Origin: Iphione sp. A-MEVVRFRX5
Taxonomy: Eukaryota
Direction: 5' to 3'
Length of the DNA: 64,000 bases
Assembly (NCBI GenBank): GCA_976226885.1
Contig: OZ320314.1
Coordinates: 67,332,001-67,396,000, forward strand
Below, piece by piece: positions 50,165 to 62,144 of this stretch. The notes beneath the pieces are model-generated. The model was not told the DNA's origin and made no database searches. It saw only the letters and a list, made by a program, of their open reading frames with translations. Position 1 is the stretch's first letter; every line of letters starts with the position of its first letter. The translations under genes and the position numbers were made by a program.

Positions 50165-50736
50165 AGAATGAACCTTCAGCAGTCATAGAGTAAGCAGTTT
50201 CGCTGCGGGCCCACAGATGAGATACGGACGCGGGACACGGGATCTCGCGGGGCGCGAGAGAACCCGTGGTCTCGCGAGACGTGATCAATGGCGGCCCGTG
50301 GCACCACAGCTGGCCACGTGAGGGAGAGAAGAGGCTGAGAAGAACAGCGGGGACGCCGGGGGACAGTGCCAAAAATAAGTCTTTCTGTGTGAACACATCC
50401 GACGGGGCATTGAGAAACAGGAGGACGATCGTGGGCGTGGAACCACAGACCACAGTCTCGGGCAGACACTGCGGAAGGATCGAGTGACTGGGCAAGGAGC
50501 AGCAGTCGCCATCACCGGACTGTGGCCGCGTCCCGCACCTCCATCTCCGACGACAGGTAAGAGCGGCTGAGTGACCACTTCAAGGCAGCCAGCTTGTTGT
50601 CCGTGGTACCACAGTGATTGTCTGCCATTGACTGTTCATCTCTGTGTGTTGTAGTCTGTGGCCCCACGTCCTGACCTAACCGGTACTGTCAACGAGCTTG
50701 TGGTTCCACAACCACCCTGCCTGGCCGTCCCTCTCT

Positions 50737-51498
50737 ATGGCAAGTGGCATGCCCCGGCAGAAAGTGGCACGTCCCCCGCCGCCCCAGGTGGAGGAAGGAG
50801 AGCCCCTGCCCCCTGGTACAGCTTGGTGCGAGCTCTGCACACCCCACCGGGTGTACTGGGCGGGGGAGTCCTTGGAGCGCCATCAGAAGGAGCAGCATGG
50901 GGGCCGTCGACACCGACAGATGGACTGCCTCTTCTGTCCCAGCGTCCTGGGCGAGCCGGGCACCTGGCTCGCCCACTTGTGGCGGCGCCATCCGTGGGTT
51001 GTGGAGAGGGGATTGACGGCCCCCGCCTACCGCAGCCTCTTCGACCATCAACAGGGCGACGCGGGGGAACTTTTCGTGCCCGATGACAACCGGGCCGACG
51101 TCATCATCCGAGCCCGACAGCTCTCCGCCACTCTGGGTACCTTTATGGGGCCGGCAGAAGCAGACGAGATCCTGGAGCGTCGACCGACCCTCCCCGAGCG
51201 GCGCGTCGTCTGGGGGCGACAACTGCCTCCTCTCCTGCCTGAGCACGGCGCACCTCGGACACCGGCGGCCAGACCCCCACCCTGGTCTCTCGGACCATCG
51301 TCTTCGTCGGTAATGGAGTCCACACCCCCGCCGGAGCCCCAGCCGCCCCATACTTCTGGCCGAGCCTGCTGGCGCACCTCACCGGCCGCTGCTGCCGTTG
51401 GACGTCCCGCTTCCCCCTCCGACTCTGGGGAGGGCAGCGTAGGGAGCGATCGCACTCCGCCCGTGCCTCCAGCTCCTGCCGGGCAGGGGTATCTCTGA
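50737..51498 (+). CDS. Gypsy sense accessory gene: two C2H2 zinc fingers plus a Pro/Ser-rich tail; 5'UTR intron 50557-50654
   Basis: First ATG at 50737. CELC-x14-H-x4-H and CLFC-x12-H-x4-H. Upstream cag|GTAAGA donor and tgtgttgtAG acceptor. Confidence 0.75.
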   Translation: MASGMPRQKVARPPPPQVEEGEPLPPGTAWCELCTPHRVYWAGESLERHQKEQHGGRRHRQMDCLFCPSVLGEPGTWLAHLWRRHPWVVERGLTAPAYRSLFDHQQGDAGELFVPDDNRADVIIRARQLSATLGTFMGPAEADEILERRPTLPERRVVWGRQLPPLLPEHGAPRTPAARPPPWSLGPSSSSVMESTPPPEPQPPHTSGRACWRTSPAAAAVGRPASPSDSGEGSVGSDRTPPVPPAPAGQGYL

Positions 51499-51499
51499 G

Positions 51500-52345
51500 A
51501 TGCACCACAAGCGCCCTATGCCTGGGGCCGAGGTGTATCTCCCGTCACCGGAGGCTCGTGGGGGTCAACCAGAGCCGGCAACAGTGGGAGACGAAGCAGC
51601 AGCGCCACTCCAGGGACGCCCGCGTCAGTCGCTAGTCTATTGCGGGGGGGGGCCATCCCTCCTGACCCCTGACTGGAGTCCGGCCGCCCTCCTCGACACC
51701 CTGACGGCTTGGGAGGCCTCTGGACACCCTCATCCATCCAGCGATCGACCCTGGGAGGCAGCCCTCCCGCCAGGACACCTTCAACGACTGGCAGAACGGG
51801 AGCTCACCACGCCTGTGCTCGGCCCGCTGTCTCGTCGAGTCCGGGAGATTCTGGACGGCCGAGTGCCACCCTACCCGGCGGTACGGCGAGCCGTCATGGT
51901 TCCCACTATGGTACGTCTTCCCCAGCGGCTGGAATGGCCCCCTCCCCGCTGGATGGAGATGAGCCCCACCTCGCGCTTCATCGCCAGTTCCTCCTTGGCG
52001 TGGGTTCTGGCCCTGGCGGAGTCGGAGGCATCGCCGCAGCACCTCATCGACCCCCTGGTCAGGCAGCCGGTCCTCGCGTTGGAAGGGATGCGGATCCCTG
52101 ACCGGCCTGAGTGGGGCGACCGTGAACGTGTCACCCGCTGGCACAACCGCTCCATCGAAGCCGCGACCAACCTCCAACCAAGACCCGCGTCCGACCTACG
52201 CGACGACGGCAGCCTCGAGGCGCGAGGCCTTCGACACCTGGGAGCGGGAGGCGCAGGCGGCGCGGGCCCAACAACGAGCGGAGGATCCCACTGTGTGGGA
52301 CCTTCTGGAGGCCCGCCCCCCTCAGCAGCGTCGCACCAACACTGA
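51500..52345 (+). CDS. Second sense accessory ORF, 281 aa, unknown function (may be the frameshifted continuation of the zinc-finger ORF)
   Basis: ATG lies 1 nt after the TGA of the zinc-finger ORF; long open frame with a globular-looking middle (WEAALPPGHLQRL...RFIASSSLAWVLAL...RWHNR). Confidence 0.55.
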   Translation: MHHKRPMPGAEVYLPSPEARGGQPEPATVGDEAAAPLQGRPRQSLVYCGGGPSLLTPDWSPAALLDTLTAWEASGHPHPSSDRPWEAALPPGHLQRLAERELTTPVLGPLSRRVREILDGRVPPYPAVRRAVMVPTMVRLPQRLEWPPPRWMEMSPTSRFIASSSLAWVLALAESEASPQHLIDPLVRQPVLALEGMRIPDRPEWGDRERVTRWHNRSIEAATNLQPRPASDLRDDGSLEARGLRHLGAGGAGGAGPTTSGGSHCVGPSGGPPPSAASHQH

Positions 52346-52647
52346 TGTGATGTGGACGGAGGAGTAGAACAGCCGACCTCCACAGGGTGGTGAGTAGGGG
52401 CCCGAGCGGTTAAAGAATGTTTTTTTATTTTGAGTTGGTGTCGTTGCTTGGGCCTCAAATTCCACGTGAGACTGATATCATCCCAATGATCAAACTTTCC
52501 TCCGAGAGAGTCAGGCAAGATTCAGAGTTTACGTAGAGGTCAAGTTTTGCCCAACACGGGCTTCTCCGTTGTTGAATTCAAAGTATGATGGTGTTTTTTT
52601 TTATATGATTGGTTGGTTGAACTTTTGCGGCCTTAAGCCCCCATACT

Positions 52648-52813
52648 TGATATGACTGTTTCACTGAACTGCCACGGCCGTAAGCCTTACTTCACATTCA
52701 GAGGACTACATACCTCCACATCTGATATGACTATTGCACTGAACTATCATGGCCGTAAGCCTTAGTTCATTTGATATGACTGTGTTACTGAACTACCACG
52801 GCCGTAAGCCGTA
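52648..52813. repeat. Three copies of a 42-bp motif tgatatgact...actgaact..ca(c/t)ggccgtaagcc(t/g)ta
   Basis: Copies at 52648, 52723 and 52772. Confidence 0.9.
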
Positions 52814-52913
52814 GTTCAAGCCTATAAGACTGCATGCTCAGGGACACTCGGATACGTTTGGGATTAGATGCATTGTAAAATTTTAGCAGGTGTTAAGTAA
52901 TGATGGCGAGAGA

Positions 52914-54163
52914 TACATATAGGAGTAGATTGTGATGCACATGGAGTTATTGGCATGGTCGAAGTTGTGGGAATTTTGGACACTTTGGGAGGGGGGCTGC
53001 AAAGAATCATCCTCTTTTCCAGATCAAATGAGGGCCTTTTGTACAGTTTTACAGCATTGGATCGATGCCCACTCATGGAATTGATGGCCTATTCATCAAA
53101 TGAGTTCTCGTAGAGGGTGGTGTAACATGTCACTTTGCCTGAGTGCCCTGATATATTTTTACCTTCGGTACTAAGCCCTCCAGGCTGAATTATTGACACC
53201 ATGTATCCTGACAATTTGTTGATTCTTACGTGTTGGATGATGAACATTACATTGCCATTGACATTTTGCATAGGACACTTGTAAAAACATCCCACTCTGG
53301 GTACAGCATCCAAATTAGCTCTGAAAATTTTCACAACACATCTTTCATTATCAGGCTGGCCATAGTGTTTGACGACCCTGGGGGCTGCTTTAGATGTTAC
53401 TTTTGCTGTTACAGTTTTGGCTACTCTGCCATTGTATTGTTAATATTTGGGACTCTTTCTCGACCAAATGGGTACTGTTCTACCATCAAAGTGACATGTC
53501 TTTTCCCCAGAATCTAAACACCGTACAATTGTAAAAATACACTGCATGTGACAATGCTTGGGCTGTTTCAAATCCAATAACACCTGATTCCCATAGGTGT
53601 GATTCTTTGTCAAGAGTGATAGGTCTGCTCGAATGGGTTGGACTAGCACACCGCATCCAATGAAACACTTGCGTCTAGCGTCCAGAGCAACATGAAATCG
53701 TTTAAAGTTGACCTCATCCTGCTTTAGAAGCCAAATATTGGATCTCCCCATAACATCTCTCATGTAGCGCTCTATAGATGCTGCTATGTTGGTCAGGGTC
53801 CCTGAAAAATATAAATAATATCCATAAGATTCTGGGGCAAATACTGCCCTTAGATCTAAGAATCTTAAAACGTACTACATGTACTTACCAGGAGGGTATG
53901 CAGACCCATCCCTTTTCCTAATTTTGGTTATGAATCTTGACAACCAATAATCTAAAGGGTCCAAATCATCTGTGTCCAAAGCAGGAGCCGGCCCTTCGGG
54001 ATCCTGTCTTGATCGTGAATATTCATTTTGCCTGGTGCGCCACTCCTTAAATATACCATGTTACACTGGGATCACCCTCAAGGCTCTGGATTTCTGGAAA
54101 TCGATCACTTTGGCCTTGATTTGGTTTATCTATGTTTGCAGGGTGAAGGCATGAGTGCCTACT
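52914..54163 (-). pseudogene. Crypton-type tyrosine recombinase pseudogene, copy 2, C-terminally truncated at the duplication breakpoint
   Basis: Same motifs as 37929-39420; lacks the last about 80 codons. Confidence 0.72.
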
Positions 54164-54267
54164 GATGATATACCTAAAACAGGTGTCCGTTCACTAGGGT
54201 ACTATTTAAATTACCGTAGGATTTCCCACTTCTCAAGAATGACATGACCACACTTAGAATAATGAGA

Positions 54268-57200
54268 TTTATTCAAAGAGAGATACAATGTGTCATGTAC
54301 AACAGCAAGGTGTGAAATGGTGACATCCCTGAGGAACCCCTCTTATATACACCCACTATCCTCAGGATGCTACTCCACCCGTCCCCATACCACACACTGC
54401 ATGCCAATGCCCATGCCGCATGCCGCACATCATGCCACATCAGGCACATCGTGGCTACATTGCCCTCCCTCTAGAGGGGTGCTTGTCTCAAGCATTCAAC
54501 ACAGAACCAGTCCAACTTGAACCGGCAACAGAAAAACATCATGTGCACTGGACATCAACCAGACCCCAGGCAACATTCCTGTCCACAACTCTCTGGAATC
54601 CACCTGGACATGTCCATCCTCTGTCGCCACCTCATGCCAGATACCTAGCCTCGACCTTGGGTGAGGACTACCCCATGGTTGGAGTGCCACCTAGCAAACT
54701 CCAACCCAGTCACCAGTGGCCATGCTCTACGGAAACGCAGGTTTTGGTGGATGGAGACCTTGACCTGTCCCTGTGTCAGCACCTGCAGGTCCAGGGCACT
54801 GCCATATTCAACCAGCTCCCACCCAGCAGGAAGTGTTGTCCCGGCCAACACCAGGTGGGCGGTCTCCCAAACATACACCAAGTCTGGGATGGCCTCCTCC
54901 AGACCAGCAGGGCTGGAGATGTCCTGCAGTGTCCATGGGGTGACGTGCCCACATGCACTCTGACCAGTGTATTCAGGGCTGAAGTCTGAGAGGGCAGCCA
55001 GGCAGACACAGGCAAGGGGGGGACCCGGTAACCTGAGGTGCACCAGAGGGTTACCCATGCTACGGCCAGCCAGCCCCACCAGCACAGGCATCGAGTGTCC
55101 GGGAGCGTTCAGTCCTGTTTTGCCTCTCCCTGTTCTGGGCGCATCACCATTGTCCCCCTCGGGCTCCTCTGGTGCTGGACAGGTAGGAGTCGCCTCTTGC
55201 TGATCAGAAGTCGCAGCATCCCCGACCGGTCCTGCCTCGCCTCTCTTTGCCCTGGGTGCAGCACCATCATCCCCCTCCTGTTCTTCTGTTGCCAGAAGGG
55301 TGGGTGTTGCCTCCTGCTTATCGGACGTCACAGGGTCAATGACCAGGGATGTGTTCCCTTGGGGATAGGTGGCTGTTGCTCCATGACCACCAATGTCTTC
55401 TGGTCGGTCCCCTCCTCATCCATGGCAGTGGGTTGCTCTGTCACAGGTACCTCTGGACTGCCAGACCCGTATCACTGACCCTGCGAAGTCCCGGGCACTC
55501 CTCCTTCATCCTTGTCTGCTGCTGCATGAGCAACCCTACACTGCCTGAGGTTCCTCTGTGAGGGGCTGATCTGGGGTGGCCATGGGGGTGACAGAGTCCC
55601 TTGCTGCTGTCGTGCTGACCACCTGCTGCTCCCTTCCATCCATGGCTGGTGGGCCAGTGTTGAGGACAATGCTACAAGGAATAGCCCCTCAGGACCCTCC
55701 TCCTCCAAATCATCCTCAAACAGCTCCTGGAAGTCCATCTTCTCTGCATTGCCCCCCCCCCCCCAGAGTCTGAGCTGATATCCTTGATCATGTAGACTCC
55801 GACAGTTTGCCCTCACCAGCCGAGTCATCAGTGACACCTCCTGTTGCGCTGCTGGGAGGGGTGTCTCTGGGGGGTGGTTTGGCTTGCTCTGGTCTTCTCA
55901 GCTAGTGCCCTACCCCGGGCCGAAGGCCACCTGCCGGTGGCTGGCAACCCCAATGGTGTAGATGGCCCGGGGTGCCGCCCTGCTGGCATATGGAAGGCCG
56001 CCCTGCCCCACCCACCGGTCTCTGGGGTTGCCTAGCACCGGCACTTCCCGATGGCCAGAAGGTGCCTGGCAGTCGCCTGACATGAGGGAGGGCTCTGTCG
56101 AGTGGCCTGCCTCTCCTGAGGGGGTATCCTCCTGCAGGGACCCCTCCAGAGTCCTTGGTCTCCATCGTGCTGGTGTCGAAGAGGTCCTGCTCATCGCAGC
56201 TGGTATTGTGGAATGCTGAATGACCTCCCTTTGGCATGGCCAGGACGGCCGCTCGGATGTGCCCTCCTCAGAGGAGCTGGGTGGGAGTGCCGGTGCCTTG
56301 CATTTCTTTCCCAAGTATCCTGTCTGGCATCGTGGGCAGTGTGGGGCCGAGTCCCCCCAGCCTGGAGGTGCCCGGCAGATGATGAGGAGCCTGGCCTAGG
56401 CTGATGTGCGGGGGCCTGGGTGCTGGATGTAGGGGCCACCACAGGGGGGGGGGTTGCCTTCAACTGCCGTGCTGGGGGTGCTGTCCCAGTACTTTCCTTG
56501 GTGGTTGGCCCTCTGGCTGGAGGAGTCTGCCCCAGATGAAATGGTGTCTGCGATGAGGACAAGTCTTTCTTTCGCGCCTTCCCCTCCTTCTTCCGCACCA
56601 ACTTTAAGTGATCCCCATATTCTTCTGGGCACGGGACTAAATCTCCCCTAGTCAGATTCAGGCTGTGAAACTGGAGGTACTCAACGTTGATGGACTGGGA
56701 CAGTGCACGGAGAGCCGCCACCCCATGGATCTTCTCGAGGTGGTGCTTCCAATCCATCCTCTGGTGGAACGCCAGGTTCTTGCATTTGACCTCTTGGCAG
56801 ATCCACCTGAAGCCCTCCCGGCGGTGGACATCCTGTGCATGGCCCTAAAGGTTGGACAGCTGCACGAAGCCCACTCCACACTCCTTGCAGATGTGGGGGG
56901 ACTCGTTGCTTCATCATTGCTGCTGGGGGCAGGCACGACCTCATCCTCACTGCTGGAGGGGAGTGTGGGCTGCTCCTCATCTGTTAGCTGGTTGGCTGTC
57001 GATACTTCCTCGGTCATCCCCCAGTCGCACGGGGACAGGACAACATGGCACTCTTTCATGCTGCGATGGTGTTGTTCATCGATGGCACTGTGGCAGTCAT
57101 CCAATGAGGTGTTGTCTGAGTGCCACACACTGCTGCTGCATGGCAAGCTACTGCAGCTTGGTGAACTGGTGTGGCATGCGTCAGATGCTGCACGGTATGA

Positions 57201-57309
57201 TGAACCCAGGTGCAGTGGCATGGTCCGAGCTGCAGAGAAAGAAACACCATGAGTGCTGTGGCATAACGGTGATGTCCCTCTGATCATATTCCAAATGGAC
57301 TGGAATTAC
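54268..57309 (-). pseudogene. Decayed 2xC2H2 zinc-finger cassette, copy 2
   Basis: Duplicate of 39525-42566 with the same lesions. Confidence 0.6.
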
Positions 57310-57940
57310 CCTGCAGCATGCCCCAACCCAGCTACCCAACGTGGCTTACTACTGCCGCTATGCCCGGTATTATCACCCATAATACACGATCGTTTCACCT
57401 CACTGCAGGGATTTGATGCTGCTGCTGTTGGATCACTATGCCCAGGTGGATTATCCACAACTTCCTGCCACTTGCTAGCTGCCGTTGCATTGCCGCAAAG
57501 ACATGAATCCACGTGGGAGGGTGCCCGATGTGCTCCAGTGGCAGTCCAGTTGGCAAATGCTGTGGTATTTAAGCTGATAGTCGTATATTGACAACACAAC
57601 TTTATGAATGCAGCCTTTTCATAATACACTAGTGGACTTGGTATCTTCACCTCTTCACATCTGATGCAAACAACCAATGTATATACTACTAGACTATCCA
57701 CACCCGTTCAGAAAGCATGAAAACCGTGCTCTTGAAAATACTAATTGACGTCTGAGGCATACAGCTTTGTACAAGATTAGTTTTTCGTTATTTTCCAATT
57801 GTATTGCATCTTTCCCTTAAACAATTCTAAAAGCTATTTTCTATGAAATACAATTAATGCATCTTTGCCTCATTGTCAACAAACAAGTTTTCAATGCACA
57901 TTTTCAATATAATTCAACCTATGTAAAATCGACTACATAT

Positions 57941-58417
57941 TGTAGTGGTATGCAGGAGCCGGCCGCGAGCTGTGGTGCCACAGGTGGAGGCACGGGCGCA
58001 CGCCCCGTGCGCAGAAGTGTGTGGTGCCACAGTCGGGGTGCACTGGTCAAACGAAGTAAGTGCAGGAGTACTGGACTCGGTGCACATGCACTAAGGGTCG
58101 CTGTGGTACCACAGCCACCCCTGGATTTAAAACAAACTACCCTGGAGTCTCAAAGATCTCTTGTGATTGGATCGGCAGCACTCGGCTGTGGTCCCACAGC
58201 CCAAAGAGTGATACTTTGCTCTCTCCTGGTTGGTGGGTTAGTTGAAAGGGCTGTTAAAGAAGGTAACAATATATTTTCTTACTCTGTTACTGACAGATGA
58301 TTGGCTAGTGCCTGGATTGGAGAAAAGATATAAATATGAGAGGGAACCTGAATAAAGACAGTTTTGAATCAGGACTCAGAGTTGTCAGTTCTTTATTGAA
58401 CCCAAGTAGAAACTACA
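57941..58417 (+). mobile_element. Complete solo LTR, 477 bp, TGTAGT...ACTACA, ATAT TSD
   Basis: ATAT at 57937-57940 and 58418-58421; no PBS follows; four GTGG-NN-CCAC palindromes, ATTGG boxes, TATAAA (~58328) and AATAAA (~58351). Confidence 0.95.
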
Positions 58418-59236
58418 ATATCCAAAAGCCAATTGAACCAAACAGTCATCTTCACTCTGCCCCCATCTACTTGAATTAGGACATTTTGGCTTCGCCTCGC
58501 CATTCTTAACCCTCTTCTCCTAATCGACACATCATAGAAACTGCAGCACGGCCACAATGTTGTGTCATACATTTCTTTTTCATTTAGTGCCTATCATTAT
58601 AAAAAAAAACAAATAAATATATAAACAGATGAACCTTGTATCTCCCTATACATCATGTTTTATGACAGAGGCCATCCCTAAAGAGGACTAGCCTATCTTG
58701 GACCAACTGAAAACTCCTCCATGCGATTGTGCTAGTTAAATATTACGTAGCTTTGACGACATGCGCAATTGTCATAGCTTCTCTGCAACATTATATTTCA
58801 CTCAGGTACGAGAGCGTTGTATCCATAAAATCTTTTCAAATTTTAAAATAAATACTTACAATGTCGATGCTTCCTTTCTCCACCAAAGGCGACTAGATAT
58901 GCATAGACAACTGTTCTGCAACAGAGACATTTGTTTATTTCTAAGCCTCCCTCCAATATGAGTAAAATGGCAAACAGTCATGAATTGGTAGATGAAAGCA
59001 CTTAGTTTTAGTCCGAGGGATAGTCCCCCAGCGGAGTCTCTCTGCAATATTAGGAATTCGAGGACAATGGTAAATGCACCTAGGTTTCATACTTTGACAG
59101 TGTTAAGCCAATACATTATATAGACCCAAAATGTTGTAGAAAAAAACGATACATGTACAGGTGCAGTTCGCACAAGAGGTACATGTATACGCAATGGACA
59201 TCCCTTTTACGGTTAAAAATTTTAGCAGATCCAATC

Positions 59237-62144
59237 TCAGACAGTTGTCCTTGTGTTGGTTATATTATCGATAATGGACTCTAAGAACATCATCAACAGC
59301 TTTACTGAAACCTGGCTTAACCAACACATTAATGACTCAAACATCAAACTTTCAGGATTCCATATACTCAGACAGGATAGAATCTCTGCGAAAAAATCAA
59401 CTGGTGGGGGGATTTTGGTATGTGTAAATAATGAATGTGATGTATCCATTATAGATGATCTATCAATCAACTCTGAAACTTTCGAGTCACTAGCCCTACG
59501 TATCTCATTCAGATGGTGCAAACCTTTCACAATAATAGTAATCTATAGACCACCAGAGGGCTCAGTCAAAGAATTTGTTAATGAACTTTATTCCAGACTC
59601 ACCAGGTGGCAGTTCAAGAGAGATGACTGTGTGCTGCTTCTGGGTGATTTCAATATAGATTGGTCAACCGTAAACAGTAAGTTAAAGTTAATGGCTGACA
59701 TGATGTATGGACTCGGGTTCACACAACTTATTAACGGTAGCACCATGGTAAATTCAGAAAAGACCAACGATCTAATTTTCTCCAACACAGAGGTATTCAA
59801 TGATGCTAGAGTATTAGATTGCTCTTACAGCAATCACCTGGCTATTTCTGTGACTTATAAAACGGGTGTAAGGTGGAAAAACAATTCCCCAGTGCACAAA
59901 ACATATATTGATATGTCAAAATATTCATACAGCAAACTTGCAGAATGTATTAGAGCGTTGAGAATTGATATAATTACAGAGTGCAATCCTCAAGAGACAT
60001 GGGATAGCATATTGAGTCATAAAAACAGGAGTACAAAATACATGTAACATTAAGGTGACAAAAGGCAATGATTGTAAGAGGTGCAAGGTACCCATACCAC
60101 ATGATCTACATGAGTTAATTCGTGACAGACGGTACTTCCTGCAGAAGTGGAAAACACTGGGCGACACTGATGCTAGGAACATCTACAGATACCTGGACAA
60201 AAAGGTAAAAATCGAAGTTCATATAGTCTATCAACAGTATTACTATAATAAGCTTTTACTATATCAGAGAAATCAATCGAAACTATGGAATATTCTACAC
60301 GAGCTCTTAGGTAACAATGTTAAAAAGGACAAAATCAACATAGCCATTAATAATGAAATGTTGCCCAACCATGTTATCTCAGACACGTTCAATGAATATT
60401 TTATAGATACGATAGACAAAATAAAGCAGAAGTGTTCTGTAGTGAGCATCCCTCGAGACCGGATGGGCAATGACAATATCAATATTGTTCCCTTTAGTAC
60501 TCTAGAGGTAACCAAAACTATTAGTAAGATTAAATTGAACAAAGCAAGCAATGTCACAGACATGAACACTAGGATACTCAAAGATGTGCTGATGAACCTA
60601 ATCCCTGATGTCACCACCCTGTTCAACAATATCCTAGAACAGGGTGCTTATATTGATGATTGGAAGGTAGCACGAGTAGTCCCCATATATAAAAAAGGAG
60701 ACAGAAATACCATTTCCAACTATAGGCCGATCAGCAATCTCCCCCTTCCAGGTAAATTATTCGAGCAGATCTTTTGCAAACAATTGATTAAGGAACTTTT
60801 CAGAATAGATTTTTGGAGTAAGCATCAGCATGGCTTCCTTCCAGGGAGGTCCACAAAAACTGCATTAGCTGAAATTATAAAGCACATTCTTGATGGCGTT
60901 GAGCATGGTCATCTTGTAGGGATAATTGCATTTGACCTAACCAAGGCCTTCGACCTCTTGGATAGTCGCATAGTGAGTAAGATACTTGAAGTTGAGGGGG
61001 CCCACAGCAACATCCTATCCCTAATAAAGGACTACTTCAATAATCGGCAACAATATGTGGATGTCAACGAACAAAAATCAGACTTACTGCCCCCAAAACA
61101 TGGCATTCCACAAGGGAGCACCATCGGACCCCAAGGGTTTGCCATGTGTATAAACGATATTGTTAAAGAAGTACCACAGGGTATGTATATCACCCTATAC
61201 GCCGATGACATTACGTTTGTGGTTACAGGCAGAGATTCGAAAGAACTAGAGCACAACCAAACTAAGGCATATGCACACACTATTGAGTGGTGTACAAAAA
61301 AATAACCTCTTGCTAAGCCATGAAAATAGTGCTTTCTGTCTTCTAAACAAAAAACTAGACGGGCTGCATGATATATCTTATCAGGGATACACTATAACTA
61401 GACAAAGAAATATAAAAGTACTAGGGTATATAATAAACAAAGGCTTAACCTGGAAGGAAATGATAAATAACACTATCTCCAAAATGTGGTGCACGTCTTA
61501 CAGACTAGGCAAGCTGAAAAGATGTATACCTGTAAACATCATGACCACGTTATTCAAATTGTATGTATACCCTTTTATTGATTACTTATCGCCAGTATTA
61601 TGTGGCATCAAAAAGAACCTTCTAGAAAAACTGACAAAAAACTACAACAAATGTGCCAGGCTAATGCTATGCAAAAACATACAAGGAAATAGGCAAAATC
61701 CATTCCTAATTCATGATATTGATACATTGGAAAAGAGGATCAAACTAATCACCCTCGCTCTTGTACACAATTTATCGATTACAGGACGAATCCCTATAAG
61801 ACCTATCTCTAAAACACGTTCAGGTTCATGTTTAAGAATACATATGTACAGAACAAAAAAAGGTATTGCACGTAGGTCTTTATTCGAAGTTGGTGCATCA
61901 TGGTGGAATGAATTACCCCTTTTGCTAAGACAATGTACGACAGTGAGTATGTTCTGTAAAAAGTTAAAACAACAATAATGACCTGTAAATAGCATGGTGA
62001 GAGTGTTGAACAGAATGTAAACATGTATGTATATTACCATGTATTTATGATGACTATGTAATATGATATGGCTGTCCAAAAATGAAGAGCTCCACCTGGA
62101 GATACCTTTTTTGACAATAAAAATCAAATCAAATCAAATCAAAT
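59237..62144 (+). mobile_element. 5'-truncated CR1/L2-group LINE: APE endonuclease plus RT (ORF2) with frameshifts near 60030 and 61300 and an (AAATC)n tail
   Basis: FTETWL, RQDR..GGGI, VIYRPP, GDFNI, DLIFSN; WKVARVVPIYKKG, NYRPIS, HGFLPGRST, DLTKAFD, GIPQGS, YADD. AATAAA at 62116 followed by four aaatc repeats. Confidence 0.93.

Larger units (their letters stand above)
52914..57786 (+). repeat. Segmental duplication copy 2 (matches 38171-43043)
   Basis: Identity starts at tacatataggagtag; the sequence continues 257 bp further than copy 1. Confidence 0.97.

Noticed and set aside
49874-50711. CACAG half-sites as RAG/Transib RSS or signal joints
   Set aside because: No nonamers at 12/23 spacing, a 4-nt core separates the halves, and no RAG-like ORF is present.
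52648-52813. Spaced 42-bp repeats as a mini-CRISPR
   Set aside because: Only three copies, spacers of 33 and 7 bp, degenerate, and inside a retroelement.
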